Assembly: GCA_020029545.1 (NCBI GenBank)
Contig: JAIBJL010000024.1
Coordinates: 1-44,896, forward strand
Length of the DNA: 44,896 bases
Direction: 5' to 3'
From: Gammaproteobacteria bacterium
Lineage (GTDB): Bacteria > Pseudomonadota > Gammaproteobacteria > Steroidobacterales > Steroidobacteraceae
Below are positions 23,790 to 34,149 of the stretch, piece by piece. The stretch's first letter is position 1. The number at the start of each line of letters is the position of its first letter. The notes under the pieces are model-generated. The model made no database searches and was not told the DNA's origin. It worked only from the letters and a program-made list of their open reading frames with translations. A program made the translations under genes and the position numbers.

Positions 23790-24692
23790 CTAGTGAATGT
23801 GCTCGAGAATGCCGTCGAGTTCTTCCAGCGTGTGATAGTTGATCACGAGCTTCCCCTTGCCGGAAGTGGCGTGCTGGACCTGCACCTTGGCGCCCAGCTT
23901 GTCGCTCAGATCGCTCTCGAGTTGGCGAATGTTCGGATCGGGGCGCCGCGCCACTTCGTCCACCGGCGCGGGCGGTGACTGCATGCGCCGCACCAGCGCT
24001 TCGGTCTCGCGTACCGACAGCTTTTTCTTGGCGACGAGCGCGCCGACCTCCACTTGCTGGCGCTTTGATGTCAGGCCGAGCAGGGCGCGCGCATGCCCCA
24101 TCTCGATCTCGCGATGCTCCACCAGTGTTTTCACCTCATCTGCCAGCTCCAGCAGCCGCAGCAGATTCGACACCGCAGCGCGCGAGCGCCCGACGGCTTC
24201 GGCTGCGGTCGCATGTGTCATGGCAAATTCGCCAATGAGCCGCTCCAACGCGCGCGCTTCTTCCAACGGGTTGAGATTTTCGCGCTGAATGTTTTCGATG
24301 AGCGCCATGGCCACGGCGGCTTCATCGTCCACGCGACGCACCAGCGCGGGGATCTCGTGCAGCCCGGCGAGTTGGGCGGCACGCCAGCGACGTTCGCCAG
24401 CGATGATTTCATAACGACGCGGTTGGCCCTCGTTTGGCCCGTCTTCCAGCAAGCGCACGACGATCGGTTGAATAATGCCCTGCGCGCGAATGGAGTCGGC
24501 CAGCTCCTGCAGGCTTTCCGTGCGCATGTCGATACGCGGCTGGTACTTCCCACGCTGCAGCAGATCGACCGGCAGCTTCAGCAGGTCCTCATCGGGTCGC
24601 GCGACCGGCGCCGCCACGGGTTGCTCGACCGCAACCGGCTGTCCGAGCAGTGCTCCCAATCCGCGTCCGAGGCTGGGTCGTTTTGTCGACAT
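23790..24692 (-). CDS. parB: Chromosome partitioning protein ParB
   Basis: LGRGLGALL, QPR, GIIQPIVVR, IIAGERRWRAA, ALIENIQRENL; start at ATG 24692. Confidence 0.97.
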   Translation of the reverse strand: MSTKRPSLGRGLGALLGQPVAVEQPVAAPVARPDEDLLKLPVDLLQRGKYQPRIDMRTESLQELADSIRAQGIIQPIVVRLLEDGPNEGQPRRYEIIAGERRWRAAQLAGLHEIPALVRRVDDEAAVAMALIENIQRENLNPLEEARALERLIGEFAMTHATAAEAVGRSRAAVSNLLRLLELADEVKTLVEHREIEMGHARALLGLTSKRQQVEVGALVAKKKLSVRETEALVRRMQSPPAPVDEVARRPDPNIRQLESDLSDKLGAKVQVQHATSGKGKLVINYHTLEELDGILEHIH

Positions 24693-24866
24693 GATGGCTG
24701 GACAGAAAATTCCGCGACAGATGTTAGTAAAGCAAAGCACCGAACACACTAAGGCCGATGCTCAATGTGCAAGGCGGTAACAGTTTCCGGTTCGTCCGGC
24801 TCGTAACGAGGTCAACCGTTGCAGCCGCATCGGCAGCTACAACCAGCCGGCTGGCAACTAGGTCGT

Positions 24867-25673
24867 TCAGCCGCCTGCGGCATTGGCGGCCGGCGCGAGT
24901 TCGTAGTCCCCTTCCTCGCGTCGGATCATTTCGCCCGCCAGCGCAAGATACGCCAGCGCGCCGCGCGATTCCCGATCGTAATGCAGCGCCGCCTTGCCAT
25001 GGCTGGGCGCCTCGGCCAGGCGCACATTGCGCGGAATAATGGTGCGAAACACCTTGTCCTCAAAATGCTGAATCAGCTGGGCGGACACTTCATTTGCCAG
25101 GTTATTGCGCGGATCGTACATGGTGCGCAGGATACCTTCGATTTCCAGTTGCGGATTCGGCCCTGCCTTGATCTGCTCGATCGTGTTGATCAGGGCGGTC
25201 AACCCTTCCAGTGCATAATATTCACACTGCATCGGGATCAGCGCGCCGTCCGATGCCACCAGCGCATTCACCGTCAGCATATTCAAGGCCGGCGGGCAGT
25301 CGATCAAGACGACATCGAACTTATCGCGCACCGGATGCAGCGCCTCACGAAGCCGAAATTCGCAACCGGGCTTGCCCATGAGTTCCACTTCGGCAGCCAC
25401 CAGATCCTGATTACCCGGCATCAGCATGAAGTTCGCGCTCTCCACGAGCACGAACGATGCAGCCGCATCGCAGTCGCCCAGCAACACATCCGTCGTGGTG
25501 TGTTGCACCGTGCGCTTGTCGATACCGCAACCCATGGTGGCGTTGCCTTGCGAATCGATGTCGATCAACAGCACGCGACGCTTCGTCGCCGCCAGCGACG
25601 CCGCCAGATTGACGCTGGTCGTCGTCTTGCCGACGCCGCCTTTCTGATTGGTCACAGCGAGAATGCGGTGCAT
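24867..25673 (-). CDS. parA: Chromosome partitioning ATPase ParA/Soj
   Basis: NQKGGVGKTT, IDCPP, QCEYYALEG, PRNVRLAEAPSHG. Confidence 0.97.
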   Translation of the reverse strand: MHRILAVTNQKGGVGKTTTSVNLAASLAATKRRVLLIDIDSQGNATMGCGIDKRTVQHTTTDVLLGDCDAAASFVLVESANFMLMPGNQDLVAAEVELMGKPGCEFRLREALHPVRDKFDVVLIDCPPALNMLTVNALVASDGALIPMQCEYYALEGLTALINTIEQIKAGPNPQLEIEGILRTMYDPRNNLANEVSAQLIQHFEDKVFRTIIPRNVRLAEAPSHGKAALHYDRESRGALAYLALAGEMIRREEGDYELAPAANAAGG

Positions 25674-25680
25674 ATCTTCC

Positions 25681-25825
25681 TGGGCTACGGGCTACGGGCG
25701 ACAGGCTGCAGGCGACAGCCAGAAAAAAGGGGAGACCACGCCATCATCAACTTCCTACCCGAAACTCGCCAGCATTCATATTGAATCACTCTGGCCGTCG
25801 CCTGTCGCGCATTCGCCTGGCCGCG
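25681..25825. repeat. Inverted heptamer-array element in the rsmG-parA spacer
   Basis: TGGGCTA CGGGCTA CGGGCGA CAGGCTG CAGGCGA CAGCCAGA ... TCTGGCCG TCGCCTG TCGCGCA TTCGCCTG. Confidence 0.8.
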
Positions 25826-25832
25826 TTTCACA

Positions 25833-26465
25833 CTATATTCGATCGTGCGATCGACAAATCTCGACGATGTGCCGTTCCTCATCCAGCCCCGGCACCATCA
25901 CCCTGTGCATTGCCACGAGTTTCCAGCCGCTGGGAAGCGCGCTGAGCTCAGCCTGAGGCTCGCGCCCTTTCATTGCCAGTAGTCGCCCACCGCCGACACA
26001 TAGATGGCCGGACCACTCAACGAAACGGCCGATCGCTCCGACTGCGCGCGAGGTAACCACGTCGAACCGCCAGGGTGTCGAAAAGCTTTCGGCACGAGCG
26101 TGTACGGTCGTGATGTTGGTCAGTCGCAGCAATTGCGCGACATGTTCGACGAACTTCAGCTTTTTCGCGGTGGAGTCGAGCAAGGTAAATTCGCGCTCGG
26201 GATTCGCGATCGCGAGCGGAATGCCAGGAAAACCGGCACCGGTGCCGATGTCGATAACGCGTGAGCCCTGCAGAAAGGGCTGCACCGACAGGCTGTCCAG
26301 CAGGTGCTTGGTCACTTGCTGCGACCGCTCGCGAATCGCCGTCAGGTTGATCCGCTGATTCCAGTCGTCGAGCTCGTCGAGCAGCCGCAGCATCTGCGTG
26401 GCCTGAACCGACGACAGCGTCAGGCCGAACTGCGCCGCACCTGCCATGAGAATCTCTTGGGTCAT
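25833..26465 (-). CDS. rsmG: 16S rRNA m7G527 methyltransferase
   Basis: WNQRINLTAIR, HLLDSL, DIGTGAGFPGIPLA, VTSRAV, AMKG. Confidence 0.97.
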   Translation of the reverse strand: MTQEILMAGAAQFGLTLSSVQATQMLRLLDELDDWNQRINLTAIRERSQQVTKHLLDSLSVQPFLQGSRVIDIGTGAGFPGIPLAIANPEREFTLLDSTAKKLKFVEHVAQLLRLTNITTVHARAESFSTPWRFDVVTSRAVGAIGRFVEWSGHLCVGGGRLLAMKGREPQAELSALPSGWKLVAMHRVMVPGLDEERHIVEICRSHDRI

Positions 26466-26632
26466 GTCGGCCTGGAATTGCAGCGGGGATCACGGGGACA
26501 CGGCAATGAAGATGCTTCAGGGAATGAATCGAATGACTGGATGAGGATGCAATCCAATTTGCGCTGCTGCCAGCACGAGTCGTCGACGCTGGCAGAGGTC
26601 GGCCGCCGGAGCGCGACCGGACGGCGACGGAA

Positions 26633-27259
26633 TCAGCGGCACTTGCCTTGCTTGGCAATCAGGTCGTTGCCGCACAGGCCGTTCTGTTGCGAGAAGAACT
26701 GCGCGATTGCCGGGAACTCCTTTTCATCCACACCGGGCATGATGCCGGCCATCACGGGATTCTTGCGCTTGCCGCTCTTGTAGTCCTTGAGTGCCTGTAC
26801 GATGTAGTCAGCCTTCTGGCCTGCGAGAATCGGATAGTCCTCCATGATGGTCTTGGCGCCGTCGGCGCCATGACAACCGGCGCAGACCTGCGTCGCAGGC
26901 GGCGGCGACCCGACGGTTTCCTTGCTGACCGGCAACGGCGCGCCATGTAGGTAGGCTGCAATGTCGACACGGTCCTGATCGTTCATCGACGACGCGTGTG
27001 CATGCATCGTGGCATGGCCCCGTTCGCCGCCGGCATATTGCTTCAGGGCAATCTCCAGATACTTGGCATGTTGGCCGCCGAGGCGCGGGACGCTGTAGGC
27101 TGGATAAGCATTCCTGTAGTTCGGCACACCGTGGCAACCCATGCAGGTGTAAGCGAGCACCTTGCCCCTCGCCACATCACTATCGGCACTTGCCGTCAGG
27201 CTAGTCGCAGTCGCAAGGACGCCGAGGCCGAGCGCCAGGAGGGTCGGTCGAAACTTCAT
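26633..27259 (-). CDS. Diheme cytochrome c (c4/c553 family)
   Basis: Signal peptide, two CxxCH motifs (CMGCH, CAGCH), PRLGGQ and PILAGQ, axial Met in each domain. Confidence 0.93.
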   Translation of the reverse strand: MKFRPTLLALGLGVLATATSLTASADSDVARGKVLAYTCMGCHGVPNYRNAYPAYSVPRLGGQHAKYLEIALKQYAGGERGHATMHAHASSMNDQDRVDIAAYLHGAPLPVSKETVGSPPPATQVCAGCHGADGAKTIMEDYPILAGQKADYIVQALKDYKSGKRKNPVMAGIMPGVDEKEFPAIAQFFSQQNGLCGNDLIAKQGKCR

Positions 27260-27557
27260 GCCAGAGATCTCCGCAAATAACGTTGGCCGACTTGGATCGG
27301 GTACGGTGCCAACGGGGGGCGCAATGGTAACGGAAATAATGGCCTACTGGGCAGAGCTTCCGTGCGTAGCTAGGCCGCGCCCGTGCTGCCGCGTGGCCGG
27401 CGGGCATTCGTGATCCATTTCGCGACCTGGCAGATCAATGGGGCGGATCAATGGCTGGCCGGTCGACTCGATTGCGGCAGAAACCGGGAATTCGGGCCGG
27501 CGCGCGCTATACTGGGTACATCCTTTTTTGTCCACAGATTGTGTTGCTGAGGATTCC

Positions 27558-27836
27558 ATGGCCCGTATTACCGTCGAAGATTGCCTGCAAAATGTGCCGA
27601 ACCTTTTCCAACTAGTCATGGTTGCGTCCAAACGCGCCCGTAAGCTGGCGAATGGCGCCGAGGCCACGGTCGACTGGGAGAACGACAAGATGACGGTCGT
27701 CGCCCTGCGCGAAATTGCCGCCGGCCATATCGGCGCGGAAATTCTTGAGGAAGTCGACCGCCCGACACAGGACATCCTGCCCGAGCCGGAAATGTCCGGC
27801 GAACTGCGCGCACCGCATCTGGGCCTGGGTGACTAG
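27558..27836 (+). CDS. rpoZ: RNA polymerase omega subunit
   Basis: [32 protein letters not shown]; GAGGA RBS before ATG 27558. Confidence 0.97.
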   Translation: MARITVEDCLQNVPNLFQLVMVASKRARKLANGAEATVDWENDKMTVVALREIAAGHIGAEILEEVDRPTQDILPEPEMSGELRAPHLGLGD

Positions 27837-27860
27837 TCGACGACAACTGCTCGTTTCGAT

Positions 27861-30020
27861 ATGGACTATGCGTCTTCGCTGCTGAGTTGGTTGCCAACCG
27901 GAAGACGCTCTATCGGGGTCACCCAGCTGCTCAACAAGCTGGAATCCTACCTGCCGCCGGCGCAGGTCGATCGAGTCCGTGAAGCGTATGAGTTCGGCGC
28001 ACAGGCGCACGAAGGGCAGAAGCGCTTAAGCGGCGAACCCTACATTGCGCATCCGGTCGCGGTCGCCGATATCCTCGCCGACCTGCACCTGGATGCGCAG
28101 ACCATTGTTGCAGCCATCCTGCACGATGTGATCGAGGACACCGCGACGGCGAAAGACGAGATTGCCGAACGCTTCGGCCCCGAAGTCGCCGAACTGGTCG
28201 ACGGCGTCTCCAAGCTCGATCAGATCCAGTTTCGCAGTCGCGCCGAAGCGCAGGCGGAATCCTTCCGCAAGATGCTGCTCGCCATGGTGCGCGATATCCG
28301 CGTGGTCATGGTGAAACTCGCCGATCGCACGCACAACATGCGCACGCTCGGCTCGATGCCGCCGGCGAAGCGCCGCACGATCGCCCGCGAAACCCTCGAG
28401 ATCTACGCGCCGATCGCCAATCGCCTCGGCATCAATATGGTGAAGTCGGAACTCGAGGAACTGGGATTCAAGGCCCTGTATCCGGGCCGCTACCGCATCA
28501 TCGAGAAAGCGCTCAAGCGCGCGCGCGGCAATCAGAAGCAGTTCGTCGGCAAAATTGCCGACAATCTCGGCGCCGCCATCAAGAAAGCCGGTATCGACGC
28601 GCGGGTGGAAGGCCGCGAAAAGCATCTCTACAGCGTCTATCAGAAGATGCGCCGCAAGCGCGTGCCGCTCGCGTCCATCGTCGATGTATTCGGTTTTCGC
28701 ATCATCGTCGATTCGATCGACACCTGTTATCGCGTGCTGGGCATGGTACACGGGCTGTATCGGCCGATGCCTGGCCGTTTCAAGGACTACATCGCGATCC
28801 CACGCGTGAACGGCTATCAATCGCTGCACACGACCCTGTTCGGCCCGAACGGCATGCCCATCGAGGTGCAGATCCGCACCGAAGACATGAATCGCGTCGC
28901 TGAGTCGGGCATCGCTGCGCATTGGCAGTACAAGGCGGGCGACACTCAGGGACATTCGTATCGCGATCGAGCCAGCGAGTGGCTGCAGAATCTGATGGAG
29001 ATGCAGCACGGCGGCAACTCAGAGGAATTCATGGAGAGCGTCAAGCTCGATCTGTTCCCTGACAAAGTCTATGTATTCACACCGCGTGGTGAGATCCGGC
29101 GACTGCCGCGCAACGCGACCGCCGTCGATTTTGCCTATGACGTACATACCGACATCGGCAATCACTGTGTTGCCGCGAAGGTGGATCGGCGCCTTGTGCC
29201 CTTGCGCACGCCGCTGCGCAATGGCCAGACCGTGGAGATCATTACGGCGAAAGGCGCGACGCCCAATCCCGGCTGGGTGAACTTCGTCGTGACTGCGAAG
29301 GCGCGCGCGTCGATCCGGCACTATTTGAAGAGTCTCAAGCACTCCGAGGCGGTCGAGCTTGGCAAGCGGTTGCTGAATCAGGCGCTGGCGGATTTGGCGC
29401 TCGCCCTCAAGAAGATTCCGGAAGAGCGTATCCAGGCGGCGGCCATCGACTTGGGGCTGAAAACACCGGAGGAATTGTTCGAAGGCATTGGTCTTGGCGA
29501 GCGGCTCGCGCCGCTGGTCGCGCGGCGCTTGCTACCCAGCGATGCCGAGCCGCAACCGGAAGTCACGCCTTCGTCCGGTCCGCTGGCGATTGCCGGCACC
29601 GAGGGCATGGTCGTCAGCTATGCGCGTTGCTGCTTTCCGATTCCGAACGATCCCATCATGGCGTACCTGTCGAGCGGCCGCGGCGTCGTCATCCATCGCG
29701 AGGCCTGCGGCAATCTGCGCAACTACCGCAAGCAGCCGGACAAATGGTTGTCGGTCACCTGGCAGCCGAGTGTCGATCGCCTGTTCAATGTCGAAGTGCG
29801 CATCGATGTCACCAATCGCATGGGCGTGCTGGCCGCCATTGCCTCGAACATCGCCACCACCGACACCAACATCGAGCATGTCGGTGTCGATGAGCGCGAC
29901 GGCGACGCCTCCACGCTGGTCTTCGACCTGCAGGTCCGCGACCGCAAGCATCTGGCCGCGGTCATCAAGAATCTGCGCCGGATGCCGGAAGTGTTGAAGG
30001 TGACGAGGGTGCTCGCGTAA
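27861..30020 (+). CDS. spoT: Bifunctional (p)ppGpp synthetase/hydrolase SpoT
   Basis: Intact HD motif (ILHDVIEDT), KLADRTHNMRT, RFKDY, YQSLHT, TGS and ACT domains; follows rpoZ. Confidence 0.97.
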   Translation: MDYASSLLSWLPTGRRSIGVTQLLNKLESYLPPAQVDRVREAYEFGAQAHEGQKRLSGEPYIAHPVAVADILADLHLDAQTIVAAILHDVIEDTATAKDEIAERFGPEVAELVDGVSKLDQIQFRSRAEAQAESFRKMLLAMVRDIRVVMVKLADRTHNMRTLGSMPPAKRRTIARETLEIYAPIANRLGINMVKSELEELGFKALYPGRYRIIEKALKRARGNQKQFVGKIADNLGAAIKKAGIDARVEGREKHLYSVYQKMRRKRVPLASIVDVFGFRIIVDSIDTCYRVLGMVHGLYRPMPGRFKDYIAIPRVNGYQSLHTTLFGPNGMPIEVQIRTEDMNRVAESGIAAHWQYKAGDTQGHSYRDRASEWLQNLMEMQHGGNSEEFMESVKLDLFPDKVYVFTPRGEIRRLPRNATAVDFAYDVHTDIGNHCVAAKVDRRLVPLRTPLRNGQTVEIITAKGATPNPGWVNFVVTAKARASIRHYLKSLKHSEAVELGKRLLNQALADLALALKKIPEERIQAAAIDLGLKTPEELFEGIGLGERLAPLVARRLLPSDAEPQPEVTPSSGPLAIAGTEGMVVSYARCCFPIPNDPIMAYLSSGRGVVIHREACGNLRNYRKQPDKWLSVTWQPSVDRLFNVEVRIDVTNRMGVLAAIASNIATTDTNIEHVGVDERDGDASTLVFDLQVRDRKHLAAVIKNLRRMPEVLKVTRVLA

Positions 30021-30163
30021 CGCACGCACCCGGCCAGAGCGAGCAGACGCTCTCGGTAAGCTGGTCAACTGGCAAGCTGAGCTATCGCCGCAAGGTCGAT
30101 CAGATGCCGATCTGCAAGCAATCCTCAGCAACCGGTCGAGGCCTACCGAGCAGAGTCGTGCTC

Positions 30164-30625
30164 TCAGCTGCCTGGATAGATGGCCTTGATGGTGATGCTC
30201 GTGTCGGCAGAGATGTCTAGACCCGCCGACTTGAAGCTCGGCGGCTTCATCGACACTTTGGGATTGTTGCTGAGCCCGACTGCAGACGTGGGAATGCCCA
30301 GGAAATTGGCTTGCGGATGACCATCGCCATCGTCGTCCTGTCCGTAGGACACGGCATATTTTCCGGGCGTCAGCCCCATAAATGTCACGACTGGATCGGT
30401 CGCGGGCGCTGTCAGTTTCGCCGCCGGTTTGCCCTTCTCGCAGGTCGGAAAGCCCTGAACTGCGGATTCGCGCCACAGACAGAAAATGACTTGGCCCTTG
30501 GTACTGCGCAAGCCTTCAGCATGGACATTCAGGGAGACGGTCTCTTGCGCCACGGCGCCCGGCGACCAGGCGGCCATGAGAATCATCGCCGGCACGAAGG
30601 CCTGAGGCTTGACTAGTTTTCGCAT
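30164..30625 (-). CDS. DUF2141 domain exported protein
   Basis: Signal peptide; GLRSTKGQVIFCL, PGKYAVS, DDDGDG, FLGIP..GLSNNP, PPSF. Confidence 0.85.
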   Translation of the reverse strand: MRKLVKPQAFVPAMILMAAWSPGAVAQETVSLNVHAEGLRSTKGQVIFCLWRESAVQGFPTCEKGKPAAKLTAPATDPVVTFMGLTPGKYAVSYGQDDDGDGHPQANFLGIPTSAVGLSNNPKVSMKPPSFKSAGLDISADTSITIKAIYPGS

Positions 30626-30824
30626 GACATTCCTGCCGGGGAAGCGTACCGGGCCGGGGGTTAGTGGTTTCTGGCCACGCGCATGAATCGCTCATCAGAC
30701 GACGGTCGGAGCGAATCGCCCCCACTCTTCCACGGGGCACCTGCGGCAACAAGATGAGCCAGTCTGCGCGAATGCGTCAATGAAATCACGCGTAAACCCC
30801 GAACCCCCGGCACGGCGGCACTCT

Positions 30825-31090
30825 CCCGTGACTCCACTGTTCCGCTTTTCCTCGGAAGCCGAAGCGCTCGCGTTGGCCAACGACACGCCGTTCGGCCTTG
30901 CGGCGTATATGTTCAGCCAGAGCGCGTCGCTCCCGCGCTGGAAACTGGCATGCTGGGCATCAACTGCGGCCTTATCTCCAATGAAGTGGCACCTTTTGGC
31001 GGCGTCAAGCAGAGCGCTCTGGGGCGTGAAGGATCGAACTACGGCATCGAGGAGTTCCTGGAGAGCAAGTATCTGTGCTGGCAGTCCTAG
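30825..31090 (+). pseudogene. C-terminal remnant of a GabD-like aldehyde dehydrogenase, frameshifted
   Basis: [32 protein letters not shown], then a shifted frame [50 protein letters not shown]; no N-terminal part. Confidence 0.88.
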
Positions 31091-31212
31091 GTACTCGAAT
31101 TGAACCCCGTAGGTTCGCGGTCGAATGACGGTGCTGAATGCCGGGGCAAACGCAACATCTGCTGCGGCAACCCGCGGCGGACCCTTCCCCGGCCGCCGCG
31201 AGACGCTGTCGA

Positions 31213-34072
31213 TTAGAAGTTGACTCGGAAACGCAGACCATACTGCCGAGGCGGACGCAGCGTGGCCGCGATGATGCCGGACTGGTTCACCCCCGGCTCC
31301 GCCACATCGAGGGTCACGTCGTCTTCGATGTTGCGGATGTAGGCCGTCACGCTCCACTGGTCCTCGGGAGCGTTGTAGCTCAGCGTCGCATTGCTGCGGT
31401 GTTGCGACTCGACCCGTGAATAGAGGAAGTAGCTGGTGTTGAGTTCACGTTCGTCTTCCCAGCGGGTGTCGATCTGGGCGGCGATGCTGCCGCCGTTCGC
31501 CAGCGGAAAGTTCTGCTCCACTCCGAGGTTCACCGTCCACTCAGGCGCGTTGACCATCTGTTGCCCAGAGCAGTCGTTGGCGAAAGCCGCGCCCGGGTAA
31601 CGGCTGTTGACCGCCGGCGTGCAGCGCGAAGCCGCGTTGCCCGAGGCTCCCAGGAAGGCATTGGGAATCAGAAAGCTGTCGTAAACGGCGTCGAGGTATT
31701 GAATGTCGGCGCTCAGCCGGGTGTTCTCCCATGGGAGGAACGCGGTTTCCAGCTCCACGCCCCGGATGGTTGACGTACCGGCGTTGACTGTCGCGCCGAT
31801 CCTCAAACCCGCCGAGTTGAACAGGATGCTGCCGACCTGCTGGTCGTCGTAGTCATACTGAAACAGCTCCAGGTTCACGCGCAGGCGGTTGTCGATGAAC
31901 TCGTTCTTCGACCCCAATGTGTAGGCGATGACTTTTTCCGGGTCATAGCTGATGCCCAGAGGATCGGCCGGGTTGTTGCCGAAGAAGCCGCCGGACTTGA
32001 AGCCGGTGGCCACCGTCGCATAGAGCAGAGCATCCTCGCGCCAGTCCCATTCAGCGCCGACCCGATAACTGGTGTTGTCCCAATCCTTCGAGCCCACGGC
32101 CACGAAGCCGCCGGTCGCGCGCGCATCGGCCGGAGTAATGTCGGGCACGTCGCTGGCCCAGGTGCGAGTTGTCCCCACGTAGGGAGAGCGTGAGCCCGCT
32201 GCATCGTAGATGGCGGACAGGCTGTCGGTTTCCTTCTTCTCGGTGGTGTAGCGCAGGCCGGCGGACAGGCGGAAGGTGTCGGTGAGCGCCCAGGTCAGAT
32301 TGCCGAACACAGCCCAGGAGGTGTCATCGTTGTGCAGCTCCTGGTTGGTGATCGTATTGTTGCTGGATGGTGTGCCGGCGGGAACGCCGAGAGCAACGTT
32401 CGACGGCGTGCTGAAAGGGGTCAGGTAGGAGCGCCGGTCGTAAGTAGCGCCACCATCCTGTGTATCGTCGAAATAAAAAGCCCCAACGACGTAGCGGATC
32501 GACTGAGTCTGATCCGATGCGAATCTCACTTCAAAGGTGTACTGGTCATGGTCGACCTGTTCACGAACGTTGAAGCCGTTTGCAAACATGTAATCGATCG
32601 TGTCGTGGTGATAGGCCGGAATGGCCGTCAGGACGCCACCGAATACCTGCCAGTTCAGCTCCGCGCTGGCCGAGTAATATTCGTTGTGCCCGAAGGCACC
32701 CACTAGGCCCGGCGTGCCGCCCGGACCGTTCGGATAGTAGGGGTTGATGAGCGGCTGCTGATCGACCGTGCTGGTCCAAGGATCGCCGAAGAGACGGCCG
32801 GTGGCGGGGCAGCCCGAGTAGGAGGGCAGAGCGGTCACCGGTGCGCCGGCGCAATAGCCGGTGGAGCCGACGCCATGATTGTCGTCCTTGGTGTAGTCGG
32901 CGCGCACGATCAGGTCCACCGTATCGGAAGCCGCCCAGCGCAGCTGGCCGCGCACGCCCTGAGTGTCGGCGTCGCTCGAATCGTTGGAGAAGAAGCCGTC
33001 GCGCTGTTCCGACTGGAAAGCCACACGGGCAGCCAGACTGTCGGCCAGCCCCAGATTGATCGCGCCGTTGACGATCAGCTGGTCGTAGTTGCCGCGGTCG
33101 AGGCCCAGGTAACCGCTGTACTCACCCAGGATGGGTGCCGCGGTGATGATGTTGATGGCGCCACCGGTAGCGTTGCGGCCGTAGAGAATGCCTTGCGGCC
33201 CTTTGACGACTTCGACTCGGGCGAGATCGAAGAACTGCCCGAACGCGCCGACCGCGCGAGCCTGGTAGACCTGATCGACGTTGACCGCGATGGCCGGGTC
33301 GCCGAACTGGTTCCCGACCGTGGACGAGATGCCGCGCAGGCGCAGGCTGGTATAGGGGCCGGAATTGCGGGAAACCTGCAGCGCGGGCGCCATGCCGGCG
33401 AGATTCGCCAGCTCGGTGACGCCCTGTCGTTCCAGCGTTTCGCCGCTGACGGCAGTGATGGCGACCGCGGCCTGCTGGAGATTTTCCTGCGTGCGTTGAG
33501 CCGTGACCACGACTTCCTCGAGCGCAGCCTTGTTCTCTGCCGCGTCTGTCGACGAAGGAGAGTCTCGGCCTTCGGCCTGCGCTAACCTTATCCCGCGTCG
33601 TGATCTCCCCCATCTTCCCGCTGTCGTGAAATTCTTTCGCTGTCGTTCCGGAAAAAGAGTCGTCGCTTGCGCTGGCCTGCGCTCCGCGGACCTCTGCGTT
33701 GACCTCATCGTTCCGTTGTGCCGGCTCATCCTTCTCCGCGCCGCGCAGAGGGATGACTGCGGAACCGCGAGGCAGGATGCTGATGGTGTGGTCGTCGATG
33801 GGTTTGTAGGTCAGTTCTGTGTCGTTGAGAAGTTGCCGGAGGGCTTCTTCGAGCGTGAGGTCTCCGACTGCGCCGGATGTGCGGCGTCCTGCAACGTCCT
33901 CGGAGACAAAGATCAGGTGAATTTCGCGATCGGCCGCGAGCGTGCGAAGGGCGGGGGCGAGTCCTTGCGCCGGGATGCTGGTCTCTTTCTTGATGGATGC
34001 TTTGACATCGGCGGCGTGTGAGATGCTGATGATCGTCAGGCACGCCACGGCCGCAGCAACTGTTGTGCGCAT
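31213..34072 (-). pseudogene. TonB-dependent receptor with N-terminal STN signalling domain, split by a +1 frameshift near 33590-33730
   Basis: Frame A (ATG 34072, GGGGA RBS): signal peptide plus STN (IPAQGLAPAL, LEEALRQLL). Frame B: LEEVVVTAQR, VEVVKGPQGILYGRNATGGAINI, barrel ending PRQYGLRFRVNF. Could also be a sequencing error. Confidence 0.8.
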
Positions 34073-34149
34073 GAGGAGTTCCCCTGTAGTTATCGACTCA
34101 TTCCCCGCTTTCGTGGGGACGACGGTTGTTGCCGCCGGTTTCATGGGTG

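Noticed and set aside
25822-25838. Possible parS site (CGTTTCAC) near parA
   Set aside because: Only a half-site; the second arm of TGTTTCACGTGAAACA is absent
27528-27536. TTGTCCACA as a DnaA box marking oriC
   Set aside because: Single 8/9 match; no box cluster or AT-rich unwinding region seen
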